DNA from: a virus
Reading direction: 5' to 3' (one strand)
DNA: 64,000 nucleotides
Virus record (IMG/VR): IMGVR_UViG_3300022188_000006
Location: 32,001-96,000 of that record
Below the pieces are notes generated by a model that made no database searches, was not told where the DNA came from, and worked only from the letters and a program-made list of their open reading frames with translations. Below are positions 54,931 through 64,000 of this stretch, piece after piece (the first letter of the stretch is position 1; every line of letters starts with the position of its first letter). A program made the translations under genes and the position numbers.

Positions 54931-56802
54931 TTACTCGCGTTCATCTGCTTCCACTGTAAGCACCGCGCGTGTCTGGCTAAGAGCCTTCGCGTCCTCCATC
55001 AGGCTGCGTGCTAGGACAAGCGCCTGATTCAGGTCAACCTTACTTTTATTATGCACAGAACCACCCTCCAAGCCAAGGGCCTGCAAGGCAATTGCTTCAG
55101 TTCCTTCAGGTTCTTCCTCTCTCTGTTCTTCTCGGGCATCGACCGGTTTTTCCCAATCTTCGATGTTATCAGAAGCAGGCAAGGCTTCTTCCTCAGCACC
55201 ACCTGGAGCAGCCTCTCCAGCTTCGCCACCTCCCAACATTCCGCCCATACCAGAAGCAGCAGCCTCCTGTTGCGCCTGCGTCTGCTCCTTCTGGTGCTCA
55301 ATCTGGGACTTCCACTCACCAATAATAGCTTCTGCCAGTTGCATACTGAGTTCAGCCATAGCAACCTGCATAGGCTTGTCAGCGAACTTGTAATCAGACG
55401 GATATGGAGGCTTGCCAATGCTCTGCCGAAGTTCATTCGGAGTCAACGCACCAAGACTGGCATAGGTCTGATCCATCCGCGCAGTATCAAGCGGGTCCGT
55501 TAGCTTCATGCGCTCAAAGCGGAATCGAACAAGCGGAACCTCACCCAGAATCCCCGGAATAAGCTTCTGGTTGATGATGTATTCTTTTTCGAGTCGATCG
55601 GGTTCGAAGATTTGCTCGTTGGTGATTTCGCGCTGTACCTGCGCCGAAGCCTTGTTCACTGACTCTGCAGCAAAGAACGCCTGACTGATGCCGAATACCT
55701 CGCGAATCTCCTCGTCGTTGGCACTGCGGTATTGGTTGAAGCTGGCATCTTCAGTAACGCCGACCGTCAGAGGCTTCAGGTCTAGGCGAACGCGCTCCCG
55801 GTTTTGCTGAAAACCCGTACTAGTGGGTTCTGTTTGAACTACGACCAGAGCCCCCGCCTTCTCAACACCCTGGACTTTCGCTTTGAAGAACTCTTCAAGC
55901 TTTTGCACGGATTCAGGTGTGAGCCGCCCACCAGCAACGAGCAGTGCCATCCGCGGCACTGCATCGTTCTCAAAGAAGCTCACGTTCCGGATCGCCGCCA
56001 GACGGTTTCCACTGATGGCCGGCGCCGTCGAGACGTACCTAGGAGCCCCATACCACGTACTCGTGGGACTGTAGAGCTTGAAATGCAGAATTTCGCTCGC
56101 TCGGCGCTCTAGCGGAATGTTGTCTCCATATTGCCCCGTCTTGGCATCCATCTGCAGCGGGTCACCAAACTCCTTGAAGTACCGCTTCTCGCTTCCCCGA
56201 ATCTGGATGTAACCGCCTATGACAGGCGTTTTATCATTGCCTTTTTTGACTCTGATTCTCATGCTCACAGATGGAACATGGTAGATACTGACAATCTCGT
56301 TCTTCATGTTCCTGACCACTTCGAGGTAGCCATTCCCGGTCGCCTCCTCGTCGACTTTGAGTGCGAAAAACAACTGACTCGTCGGCATCTCCGGATTCGG
56401 CCTCTCAAAGAGGATACGCAATCGCTCCATCTGCGATTGGATCTTGCGCTTAATTTCCGGCTCGGTATCGGGGCCGATAGCCACAATCGGCTCGATGAAC
56501 CACCCGAGCCCGACTGTGTTCCTTGCGTAAGTTCTGATGCAGCGGCTAAGCCGAGTGCTCTGCTCCATAGCCGTCGCCCATACCTGCGGGTTGAACCTTG
56601 GCGGAACAAACTCCCCGCCAGCAAGAGCACTAAACGGGTCACCCTTGATCTGCTTGCTGGCATCCCCGCTTACTGCCTGTTGGTCAGCAGGCGCGTCAGC
56701 TTCGGCCGCTTTGCCAAATATAGACACGTTGAGTGCCCGCTCGGCACTTGTCACCGACGGCCCGGTCCTGCCTAGTACTGCCTCGTAATCAGCTTCCATC
56801 AC
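54931..56802 (-). CDS. Portal protein (PBSX-type)
   Basis: DEEATGNGYLEVVRN...EILHFKLYSP..WYGAP...FFENDAVP...EDASF..YR...LTPNELR. Confidence 0.95.
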   Translation of the reverse strand: MMEADYEAVLGRTGPSVTSAERALNVSIFGKAAEADAPADQQAVSGDASKQIKGDPFSALAGGEFVPPRFNPQVWATAMEQSTRLSRCIRTYARNTVGLGWFIEPIVAIGPDTEPEIKRKIQSQMERLRILFERPNPEMPTSQLFFALKVDEEATGNGYLEVVRNMKNEIVSIYHVPSVSMRIRVKKGNDKTPVIGGYIQIRGSEKRYFKEFGDPLQMDAKTGQYGDNIPLERRASEILHFKLYSPTSTWYGAPRYVSTAPAISGNRLAAIRNVSFFENDAVPRMALLVAGGRLTPESVQKLEEFFKAKVQGVEKAGALVVVQTEPTSTGFQQNRERVRLDLKPLTVGVTEDASFNQYRSANDEEIREVFGISQAFFAAESVNKASAQVQREITNEQIFEPDRLEKEYIINQKLIPGILGEVPLVRFRFERMKLTDPLDTARMDQTYASLGALTPNELRQSIGKPPYPSDYKFADKPMQVAMAELSMQLAEAIIGEWKSQIEHQKEQTQAQQEAAASGMGGMLGGGEAGEAAPGGAEEEALPASDNIEDWEKPVDAREEQREEEPEGTEAIALQALGLEGGSVHNKSKVDLNQALVLARSLMEDAKALSQTRAVLTVEADERE

Positions 56803-56822
56803 TTTCCCTCGCGGCCACAGGC

Positions 56823-57245
56823 CTACTGCTCAAAAAGAATTGCGTCACGCTTCACAATCAGCGTTTTTGCGAAATCCCACTCGTATCGCTTGTCCGGCCA
56901 GCTAGCCTGAAAGGCTAGATCATACTCCCCCAGCAGGGCATCAGTCTCATTCGCAGTGAGTTTTACAGAAACAATCCCGACGTTCGGATCGTTGATTGTG
57001 ACTCTGCTGTCACCGGTCGTGTAGTAGACTCCGACGGCGTTGTCGATGTGCCCGAGCATCTGAAAAGCCCAGGTAGTCGCCGAAGCCAAGTCCCCAAGCA
57101 CAGAGCCCAGTACGAACAGATGCAGATGCAGAGTCACTGAGTTGCCTTGCCACATACTGACAGAAGACACAAGCTCGGGTTCACAGAACCCAGCACTTCC
57201 GCCAGCAACATCGGCGTAAAAATCGTAGATGTCGGGGCAACCCAT
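56823..57245 (-). CDS. BppU-N-like Ig-fold virion protein
   Basis: WQGNSVTL...GIVSVKLTANETDALLGEYDLAFQ. Confidence 0.55.
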   Translation of the reverse strand: MGCPDIYDFYADVAGGSAGFCEPELVSSVSMWQGNSVTLHLHLFVLGSVLGDLASATTWAFQMLGHIDNAVGVYYTTGDSRVTINDPNVGIVSVKLTANETDALLGEYDLAFQASWPDKRYEWDFAKTLIVKRDAILFEQ

Positions 57246-57253
57246 GCCATTGT

Positions 57254-57294
57254 CCTAAAACAGCGGGACCGGATGCCTTCGCGTCCGGTCCCGC
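57254..57294 (-). terminator. Intrinsic terminator
   Basis: 11-bp stem gcgggaccgga/tccggtcccgc followed by TGTTTT on the minus strand. Confidence 0.75.
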
Positions 57295-57304
57295 ACTTGG
57301 CAGA

Positions 57305-57547
57305 TCACTCACTACCGTCGGCCATGTCCGCCAGCTTGATGCTGCTACGTCCGGAAGCCAGCGCCGATTGGAAAGTAGCAAAGTCGGCCAACTGACTCGC
57401 GGCGTAGATACGGTCCAGCTCCTCCATCAGGGCAACGATGGCGTCCCGCAAATCCCACACATCGGCGCTACCGCGTGTGGCATCGGGACGGAGCTTCACG
57501 ACCTTGCCATCACCCAAACGTTTGGGGTCTCCACCACCAACAGGCAT
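57305..57547 (-). CDS. Small hypothetical virion protein (80 aa)
   Basis: AAGGAG SD favours the ATG at 57547; followed by a terminator. Confidence 0.65.
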   Translation of the reverse strand: MPVGGGDPKRLGDGKVVKLRPDATRGSADVWDLRDAIVALMEELDRIYAASQLADFATFQSALASGRSSIKLADMADGSE

Positions 57548-57561
57548 CGTCATCTCCTTTC

Positions 57562-57903
57562 CTACGTGAATTCAGCCCACTGCACGGCCACAGCGTGATC
57601 CTCATCTGCTGCAGAAACGTTCTCCGTGCGAAATCTGACCTTGAACCCATTGGACAAAGCAATCGGATTTGGCACCCTAGCATTCGGAAACACATAGTGC
57701 GTGTTGCCAGTTCCCAGAACCCGATCAATGGTAAACACCTTTCCGCCGCCAACAGCCTCGACGATGATGTTTATCGCCTCCGTCTTTTTACGCTGATACA
57801 AGATGCTGTGCACAACATACGGGGAAGCGACAACGGGACCCGCAAGAAGATCCATCTGGTTTGCACCCGTCTTCGCCTGAAAATCAGTCTGTATTTGTCC
57901 CAT
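57562..57903 (-). CDS. Hypothetical beta-rich virion protein
   Basis: 113-aa ORF downstream of a putative promoter. Confidence 0.65.
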   Translation of the reverse strand: MGQIQTDFQAKTGANQMDLLAGPVVASPYVVHSILYQRKKTEAINIIVEAVGGGKVFTIDRVLGTGNTHYVFPNARVPNPIALSNGFKVRFRTENVSAADEDHAVAVQWAEFT

Positions 57904-57960
57904 ATCGCAAACCTTTTGCTGTTACGGCCACCTAAACAAGCGGCACGACTCGGTATCTTT

Positions 57961-57988
57961 AGTATATCCCTCCGAGCAGAGCATTCAA
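57961..57988 (-). promoter_or_regulatory. Putative sigma70-type promoter TTGAAT-N16-TATACT
   Basis: In the gap before 57903; same -10 context (ATATACTA) as the promoter at 20746. Confidence 0.55.
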
Positions 57989-58398
57989 GCCTTATCCGGC
58001 TTCGGCAGCTTATCGCTACGCTGCTGTCGCCAGTAAATCGCGCCAAAAGGGATACCGGCCAGAAGCGGTATCACCGGCCAACAACGAATCTGCTTGAGAA
58101 CATCTACGACCGAGCCGTGCATCGTCCAACAGACGATATCGAGCAGAATCGAAGCCCCCGCCACAGAAAAAAGTACCTTCGGCCGAGGTCCAGGGCCATC
58201 GCTCGTAATAAAAAAGTGCCCCATCAGGACACCAAATGCCAACGGGAGCGTAAATGACCGCATACCATAGAAAGCAATCACCTCGCTAATTGTGTCCCCG
58301 CGCTCGGGAACAAGAAACGGAATGACATCATAACCAATCAAGCCCGCAGCGACAAAAGCCAATAAGTATTTTGTTACCTTTCGCCATCCCCCAGCCAT
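57985..58398 (-). CDS. Four-TM membrane protein
   Basis: Four hydrophobic segments; GDTISEVI, FGVLMGHFF; GGAGG SD. Confidence 0.7.
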   Translation of the reverse strand: MAGGWRKVTKYLLAFVAAGLIGYDVIPFLVPERGDTISEVIAFYGMRSFTLPLAFGVLMGHFFITSDGPGPRPKVLFSVAGASILLDIVCWTMHGSVVDVLKQIRCWPVIPLLAGIPFGAIYWRQQRSDKLPKPDKA

Positions 58399-58408
58399 AG
58401 CAACCTCC

Positions 58409-58516
58409 TCACATGCGCAGCCCTTTCTCGGCCAGGCGTCTAACGACTTCCTCTTTGGGAATTGGCTGCTTCACTTTCACCTTCAAGACCCTACGTTCCT
58501 GTTTTTTCTCTGCCAT
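58409..58516 (-). CDS. 35-aa basic peptide not in the ORF track (MAEKKQERRVLKVKVKQPIPKEEVVRRLAEKGLRM)
   Basis: GGAGGG SD, fills the gap between neighbouring genes exactly. Confidence 0.6.
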   Translation of the reverse strand: MAEKKQERRVLKVKVKQPIPKEEVVRRLAEKGLRM

Positions 58517-58527
58517 ACAGCACCCTC

Positions 58528-59496
58528 CTAAGTATTCGGAACGGTTCTTAGAATATGGTCGAATTTTACCTTCACCGGCTGCTCACCATAAGTGGAGGTA
58601 TAGGCAAGCCGGATATAAAAGTACGGTGGGATATCTTTTGCGTCTGGGTAAACCGCCTCTAGTTGCCAATTCTTGGATACGTGGACCTTCTCTGCGAACG
58701 TAACAAGCACGGCACCAGCAGGCGCTATAACCCCGTCACAGTCGACGATCGCCACATCGAAGTAGTCACCCGGGTCAATGACGAGCCTGAATTTATCGCC
58801 AACTTGCATTTCGCTAAAAGAGCCCAAGCTGATCACCAACCCATCTTCGATGGTTACCGCGCTAGCCGTCTCACTCGTAACATCGACCGAGCCGGGTTCC
58901 CCTGTATCAGAAGTCCAGTCCAGTATCAAACTGCCATCCTGAATATCCGATACAGTGAATTCATACTTCCGGTGATGCTTCGTGAAATTGCTACCCTCGG
59001 CAATCTCGATAGTTCCATTGCCACTATTTTGCTCGTCCGCCGTCGCCAAACAATTCAGACAACCCTCATTCACGTTCTCATCCAGCATAACACGAAGACC
59101 CTGCAGCTTCATGGTCCTGTCATACTTGATATCGAAATTTGTAGTCTGCTTAGGCCGGGCAACAAAACCGTAACCTCGCCTATAGGCGTTGTAGCCGGAC
59201 AAGTCAACGAAGCCAACCTGCTTCGACTCAATGATTGTATTCGACTTCTTGATCTCGACTGGAATGTCCGCCTTTGGCATGGTCTCGCCACTGTGCGCCG
59301 CAACCAGATCATCCAGAGTCACCTTATCCTCATCCGGGAGATCGGCTTTGAAATCCACACTACAAACGTCGTTGTCCACGTCAACCCCGACCAGGGCAAT
59401 CGTAATCGACGAGTCCAGAATCTCCTGTTTAAGCCTGTCAGCACAAACCGCGCCGTTGGGAAAATCAGTACTGACCGAATAATTATAGCTCGCCAT
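58528..59496 (-). CDS. Hypothetical virion protein
   Basis: 322-aa acidic beta-rich ORF in the pre-portal block. Confidence 0.7.
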   Translation of the reverse strand: MASYNYSVSTDFPNGAVCADRLKQEILDSSITIALVGVDVDNDVCSVDFKADLPDEDKVTLDDLVAAHSGETMPKADIPVEIKKSNTIIESKQVGFVDLSGYNAYRRGYGFVARPKQTTNFDIKYDRTMKLQGLRVMLDENVNEGCLNCLATADEQNSGNGTIEIAEGSNFTKHHRKYEFTVSDIQDGSLILDWTSDTGEPGSVDVTSETASAVTIEDGLVISLGSFSEMQVGDKFRLVIDPGDYFDVAIVDCDGVIAPAGAVLVTFAEKVHVSKNWQLEAVYPDAKDIPPYFYIRLAYTSTYGEQPVKVKFDHILRTVPNT

Positions 59497-59508
59497 GGTT
59501 TCTTCCTA

Positions 59509-60183
59509 TCAGCAGAATACGACCAATCTTGCGCGTCTGATCTTTACGGAATCCCCATTATCGCTCTTGTACTTTAGCGTGACCGTGTGGCTACCGGCAC
59601 CGACCTGAGCAAGCGCTACACCCGAACGCGGACCCCAACCTGTATCCGTTGTATATCCCTCTGCGACACAATCGCCATCAAGTTCCACACGCAGCCACAT
59701 ACCAGAACTCCAGTGCCAGCCGCCGTCTACCTCAGCACTCCAAAGAATGACGATGTCTGCCGCGTCAGGCACCGAAAATGTACCACTCAGCTTGGTCTTG
59801 TACGTCTCCTTAGTGGTGCTAGAACTTCCGTCAGATGCCCACGAGTACCGTGTGCCACCCGGCTGACCAGCCGGACCTTGCGGTCCCTGAGACCCTTCTG
59901 CTCCAGAAACTCCCTGTGGCCCTTGCGGTCCTTCTTCAACCATTCCGTGAGTTGGTTCACGGAGATCGTTGTCAACTGAGTCAACCTCTGTCCCATCTTC
60001 AAGCTTTAGCGTGATCTTCCCGTCTTGCAGAGCCTGAGATAGGTCAGTTGAGAATCTCAACTCCCACAAAGGATATGTATCCATTAAGTCAAGATCCGTT
60101 GTGGGATGAGTGATCTTTAGGCCGCCAAGGTCGTAAAATACGACCTCCTGGGCCACTCCAGTTGTGCTGAGCAGAATCTTCAC
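59509..60183 (-). CDS. Short collagen-containing fibre protein
   Basis: About eight G-X-Y triplets between N- and C-terminal globular domains. Confidence 0.75.
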   Translation of the reverse strand: MKILLSTTGVAQEVVFYDLGGLKITHPTTDLDLMDTYPLWELRFSTDLSQALQDGKITLKLEDGTEVDSVDNDLREPTHGMVEEGPQGPQGVSGAEGSQGPQGPAGQPGGTRYSWASDGSSSTTKETYKTKLSGTFSVPDAADIVILWSAEVDGGWHWSSGMWLRVELDGDCVAEGYTTDTGWGPRSGVALAQVGAGSHTVTLKYKSDNGDSVKIRRARLVVFC

Positions 60184-62466
60184 CTACACCTGCCTTTCAA
60201 GCCATATAGTCACTCGTGGGTCTCGGACGCTGCTGCCGTGCATATAGATCTGCAGGCTATCGTCTGCAGAGAATGTCACGGAATAGCCTGTCGCCGATTT
60301 CTGCGTCTGATTAGTCAGAGATAGGGTCGCACCGCTGACCAACGTGCCATTCCGATGAACTTCGGCAACCCAGCTCGCAATGTTGCGCGCACTCGCCGAC
60401 ATGGCAACCAGCTTGCAATTGTAAGGGATTACGAACCCATTCGAGCCGGTCGAAACACCATCAGCATAAAGGTATATGTTCGAACTGTAATTTCTCCGGG
60501 CGGCCGTCAAACAGAACAAGCCACCCGCCGACTGCGGTCCCTGGTAACCCTGGCTGCCCTGAAATCCATTGGCACCTGTCTCGCCCTGAGGACCCTGACT
60601 GCCTTGCGGCCCCGGATTCGTACCCTGTGGTCCCTGAACACCCTGAGGACCGTAATCACCAGATATTCCCTGCCAGCCCTGAGGCCCCTGGAACCCTGTC
60701 GGCCCCTGCACACCTTGACTGCCAGCAGCACCCTGTGCACCTTGTGGACCAGCGGCACCGGGGGGTCCAGCAACTCCTTGCGGTCCAGCGGAGCCAACAG
60801 GCCCTTGAAAGCCGGTATCGCCCTGAACCCCTTGTGGTCCCTGTGGACCCTGCGGGCCGGGATTGGTGCCCTGCGGGCCTTGTACGCCCTCGCCCTGCGG
60901 CCCCTGCACACCCTGCGCACCTTGCGAACCGAGATCGCCTTGATTACCCTGTTCGCCCTGCGGCCCCAAACCACCTTGTGGACCCTGAACGCCTTGCGGC
61001 CCCGAATCCCCTTGAGGCCCTTGAACACCGCTTCCCTGCCAACCCTGCGGCCCTTGGTTTCCTTGTGAACCGGAAACACCTTGACTACCCTGAACACCGG
61101 CATCACCCTTCACCCCTTGCGGACCCTGCGCGCCGTCAGCACCAACATCGCCTTGTGGGCCAATAGACCCTTGGACGCCTTGAGCCCCTTGCACCCCTTG
61201 AACACCCTGTGGACCCTGGACTCCTTGTGTGCCAATTCCTTCGGCACCCTGCACGCCCTGAAATCCCTGTGCGCCTTGGTAACCAATAGCTCCCTGGTAG
61301 CCCTGCGGACCTCCAACGCCCTGTGGACCTTCCTGACCCTGGTACCCGATTGGACCCTGGTTGCCGTCTATGCCCTGCGGACCTTGATCACCTTGAAACC
61401 CGGTTGGACCTCTTATGCCTTGGGGTCCCTGACGACCTTGGTAACCTTGCGGGCCTTGAACACCCTGAGGGCCGGTATCTCCGGTTTGCCCCAGACCCTG
61501 CGGACCTTGCACGCCTTGGGAACCGGTTGGTCCAGCATCTCCTTGTGCACCCTTTTGCCCAATTGGCCCCTGTACGCCTTGAGGACCTTGGTTTCCCTGA
61601 ATCCCCGGTGTTCCTGGATCTCCTTTGAAACCTTGCGGGCCTTGCGGCCCAATCTGCCCGTCAAGTCCTTGTGGCCCTTGCATACCCTGCGGGCCTAGAC
61701 CTTGAGGCCCCTGGGAGCCTGTTTCGCCGATATCGCCTTGCGGCCCAAGAGCGCCTTGCGGTCCTTGTGCCCCCTGCGCACCAGAAACACCCTGTGAGCC
61801 TTCCTCGCCCTGAGGTCCAGTCGCCCCTTGCGCACCTTGGTACCCGTAACCTTGTGGCCCCTGGGCACCTTGTGGCCCGAAGTCTCCCTGCGCTCCCGTA
61901 TCTCCCACAGATCCCTGAGGACCAATCGAGCCGGTATTTCCCTGGGGACCTGCAGTGCCCTGCGGGCCTTGTGGACCGGCTTCTCCTTGGTAACCCTGCG
62001 GGCCACGAAGACCAAGTGGCCCCTGCGCGCCAGTGTCCCCCTGGGCACCCTTGCTACCTTGGACACCCTGGTTTCCTATCGGCCCCTGATTCCCCGCAAC
62101 ACCTTGCCAGCCGCGAACTCCCTGTGGCCCCTGAACACCCTGGACACCTTGCGGTCCCTGAATACCCTGAGCACCATCAAGGCCATCAACACCGTCAGCT
62201 CCGGAAGGCCCTTGGACACCCTGCGGACCGGAAATCCCTTGAGGTCCTTGCGCGCCTTTCAAACCTTCAAAACCCTGTGGACCTTGAACACCCTGCGGGC
62301 CTATTTGCCCCGTATCACCTTGCGGCCCCTGAGCACCTTGAAATCCATACCCCTGCGGACCCTGTGGACCTGGGTTGGTGCCTTGAGGCCCTTGAGGTCC
62401 GAGCCCCGTGACCTTCCTCCTAACACCGAATCCGCGTTCTCCGCGGGGAACATGCGAGACCGGCAT
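60184..62466 (-). CDS. Long collagen-like fibre protein
   Basis: About 630 aa of G-X-Y repeats dominated by GPQ/GAQ/GVQ; ~110-aa C-terminal beta domain. Confidence 0.93.
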   Translation of the reverse strand: MPVSHVPRGERGFGVRRKVTGLGPQGPQGTNPGPQGPQGYGFQGAQGPQGDTGQIGPQGVQGPQGFEGLKGAQGPQGISGPQGVQGPSGADGVDGLDGAQGIQGPQGVQGVQGPQGVRGWQGVAGNQGPIGNQGVQGSKGAQGDTGAQGPLGLRGPQGYQGEAGPQGPQGTAGPQGNTGSIGPQGSVGDTGAQGDFGPQGAQGPQGYGYQGAQGATGPQGEEGSQGVSGAQGAQGPQGALGPQGDIGETGSQGPQGLGPQGMQGPQGLDGQIGPQGPQGFKGDPGTPGIQGNQGPQGVQGPIGQKGAQGDAGPTGSQGVQGPQGLGQTGDTGPQGVQGPQGYQGRQGPQGIRGPTGFQGDQGPQGIDGNQGPIGYQGQEGPQGVGGPQGYQGAIGYQGAQGFQGVQGAEGIGTQGVQGPQGVQGVQGAQGVQGSIGPQGDVGADGAQGPQGVKGDAGVQGSQGVSGSQGNQGPQGWQGSGVQGPQGDSGPQGVQGPQGGLGPQGEQGNQGDLGSQGAQGVQGPQGEGVQGPQGTNPGPQGPQGPQGVQGDTGFQGPVGSAGPQGVAGPPGAAGPQGAQGAAGSQGVQGPTGFQGPQGWQGISGDYGPQGVQGPQGTNPGPQGSQGPQGETGANGFQGSQGYQGPQSAGGLFCLTAARRNYSSNIYLYADGVSTGSNGFVIPYNCKLVAMSASARNIASWVAEVHRNGTLVSGATLSLTNQTQKSATGYSVTFSADDSLQIYMHGSSVRDPRVTIWLERQV

Positions 62467-62472
62467 CCGCGA

Positions 62473-62874
62473 CTACCTCACGCTGCAATACAGAGAAGCT
62501 GTCCCTGTAAATGGCGGTGTTCCGGCTCCCCTGCAAGAGACCCTTATTCTGTCCTCGGACTCTCCGAGCTGGACGGGTATTCTGAACGTGCCGCTCTGAG
62601 TGAATCTGAAGATAAACGTCTCCGTAGTACCATCATTGTCGCTAATGGTGTCAGCGAAAAACAGATTGCTGGGCGAAGTGTCATCAAAAACAGGGCTGTA
62701 CTCTACGAGAACCTGGAGTTCGTCCTCGTTTCCTTTTGTATAGTCGATGTAGACGAACGCTTGGATAACAGCAGGTGTCAAAGCTACCCTGGAATTATCC
62801 GAAAAGGTTGTCGTCAGGTTCGTGATGTCGAAGGTCTGGTCGTAATTCTCCCCCCAGTTGCTTTTTCCAGCCAT
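62473..62874 (-). CDS. Hypothetical beta-sandwich virion protein
   Basis: 133-aa ORF, co-oriented with short gaps. Confidence 0.65.
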   Translation of the reverse strand: MAGKSNWGENYDQTFDITNLTTTFSDNSRVALTPAVIQAFVYIDYTKGNEDELQVLVEYSPVFDDTSPSNLFFADTISDNDGTTETFIFRFTQSGTFRIPVQLGESEDRIRVSCRGAGTPPFTGTASLYCSVR

Positions 62875-62883
62875 GTTTGCTTC

Positions 62884-63981
62884 CTACAGTCTGCCGAGAC
62901 GATAAAGCGCCTCCGTGACATCCGCATACATCCAGGGTATCGAAAAGTATCCACAAGTATAGTTACCCGAACTATCACGACCGCTGACTAGCAGCTTGAC
63001 ATCAGCCTCGTCACCGGCACCAGAGAACCTATTTTCGAAGTCGACAACGGCCGACGGAGTATAGCACCTTTGCTCGCGCCACGTGCCGCTTACGCGACCA
63101 AACAGCGGCCCTTGAATCGTCAGCTTTGCCCAATCGAGTCCGTCATCCGAAACAGCCACTCCAATGCCCTCGTGTAGTGCGCCGGCTCCTCCGGAATAGA
63201 ACATCATCCACTTTCCGAGAGTAGTCCGGAACACACTACAAGCACCTACGTAGCTGGAATCCCACGGAACAGGATTGCCCCAGACGGTACTGCCATGGTC
63301 CAGTACCTTGTTATACAAAGAAAAGGTAACACCATCAGGGCTATAACCGAGTCCAATGGACTCAAAAGCACCGGTGGTGCCATCAAAGAACAGGACGTAG
63401 CTGTAGTCGTAGGGATTGCTACCGGAATTGCTAGCACCACTGTTGTAGATCACCGCGCAGGGACCATAGGAGCCGCGGTTCCAATCCGGATGTGTTCCTG
63501 TGACAATCGGAACAGCACCGTTTTGCAGCGGCTGATCATTACTCCAGTTAAGCAGGTCAGACGACTCAGCGGTCCTGATAGCCTGCACAGAGTATAACTG
63601 CGACGTGTCCCAGTAATAGATTCGGAAAGAAGAAGCTCCCGTTTGGACGACCTGGGAATGGTGTGCACCGGACGGCAAGCCGACAACAGGGTTACCGCCA
63701 TTCAGGCGTGTCCACGTCGTGAAGTCGTTACTACCGGAAATAATGATGCCTCCACCGGCGTCCACGTCCGAAGAATGTAGACACACGTATTTGTAAGCAG
63801 TCCCGGCGATGTCGAAGCCATCAGCGAAGTACAGAAGAGTCGGATAATATGCCCTGTCAACCGGAGGGTCGAGCACAGGATTCTGATCGTATTCTTCTGG
63901 CAAGGCTAGGACCTTCCCGCCACCAGTAACATCCCAAACGCGCTGAAACCCGCCTTGTATGCTGTCACGGAGACGCTCCAT
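62884..63981 (-). CDS. Five-bladed beta-propeller glycoside-hydrolase-like protein (GH32/43/130-like)
   Basis: Repeated blades: NPVL..YYP, TAESSDLLNWS, GLGYSPDGVTF, WMMFYSG..IGVAVSDDGLDWAK; the frame stays open to the window edge so the start is uncertain. Confidence 0.75.
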   Translation of the reverse strand: MERLRDSIQGGFQRVWDVTGGGKVLALPEEYDQNPVLDPPVDRAYYPTLLYFADGFDIAGTAYKYVCLHSSDVDAGGGIIISGSNDFTTWTRLNGGNPVVGLPSGAHHSQVVQTGASSFRIYYWDTSQLYSVQAIRTAESSDLLNWSNDQPLQNGAVPIVTGTHPDWNRGSYGPCAVIYNSGASNSGSNPYDYSYVLFFDGTTGAFESIGLGYSPDGVTFSLYNKVLDHGSTVWGNPVPWDSSYVGACSVFRTTLGKWMMFYSGGAGALHEGIGVAVSDDGLDWAKLTIQGPLFGRVSGTWREQRCYTPSAVVDFENRFSGAGDEADVKLLVSGRDSSGNYTCGYFSIPWMYADVTEALYRLGRL

Positions 63982-64000
63982 CTCGGCTACCCAGGGCGTC

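Larger units (their letters stand above)
1..64000 (-). mobile_element. Myovirus-type phage/prophage virion morphogenesis region (head, contractile tail, fibres)
   Basis: Co-oriented, tightly packed minus-strand genes in canonical order portal-protease-capsid-neck-sheath-tube-TMP-baseplate-fibres. No host housekeeping genes or att/integrase in the window, so free phage versus prophage cannot be decided. Confidence 0.95.

Noticed and set aside
1-64000. Alternative genetic code or stop-codon reassignment
   Set aside because: Core genes are full-length in code 11 and end with TAA, TAG and TGA; the gpI split involves a frame change, not read-through.

Overview
The whole window is the late (virion morphogenesis) region of a large myovirus-type phage or prophage, with all credible genes on the minus strand. 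Read in the direction of transcription (right to left), it starts with a pre-portal block of fibre and decoration genes (beta-propeller glycosidase-like protein, long collagen). Next come the PBSX-type portal, prohead protease/scaffold, HK97-fold major capsid protein, a degenerate LAGLIDADG-like gene and the head-completion genes. The contractile tail closely follows the eCIS (Afp/PVC) layout: sheath, two tube genes, chaperone with a -1 frameshift, tape measure, tube initiator, LysM, hub, spike, PAAR, gp25, baseplate J, gpI-like and a DUF6519-like fibre anchor. A glycosyltransferase-containing block is inserted inside the baseplate module. The most unusual part is a ~14 kb array (3.7-17.6 kb) of eight paralogous 'constant N-terminus / highly variable C-terminus' genes, two LamG-type genes, four near-identical 73-aa genes with a mosaic (recombinant) pattern, and two deletion remnants. 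It looks like a recombining, multivalent receptor-binding arsenal. Downstream, where a lysis cassette usually sits, there are three membrane proteins, a stand-alone CheY-like receiver, a PI3/4-kinase-like kinase and a small partner gene. No terminase, endolysin, integrase, RNA gene or CRISPR array was recognised. All family assignments come from motif recognition and gene order by eye, not database searches.
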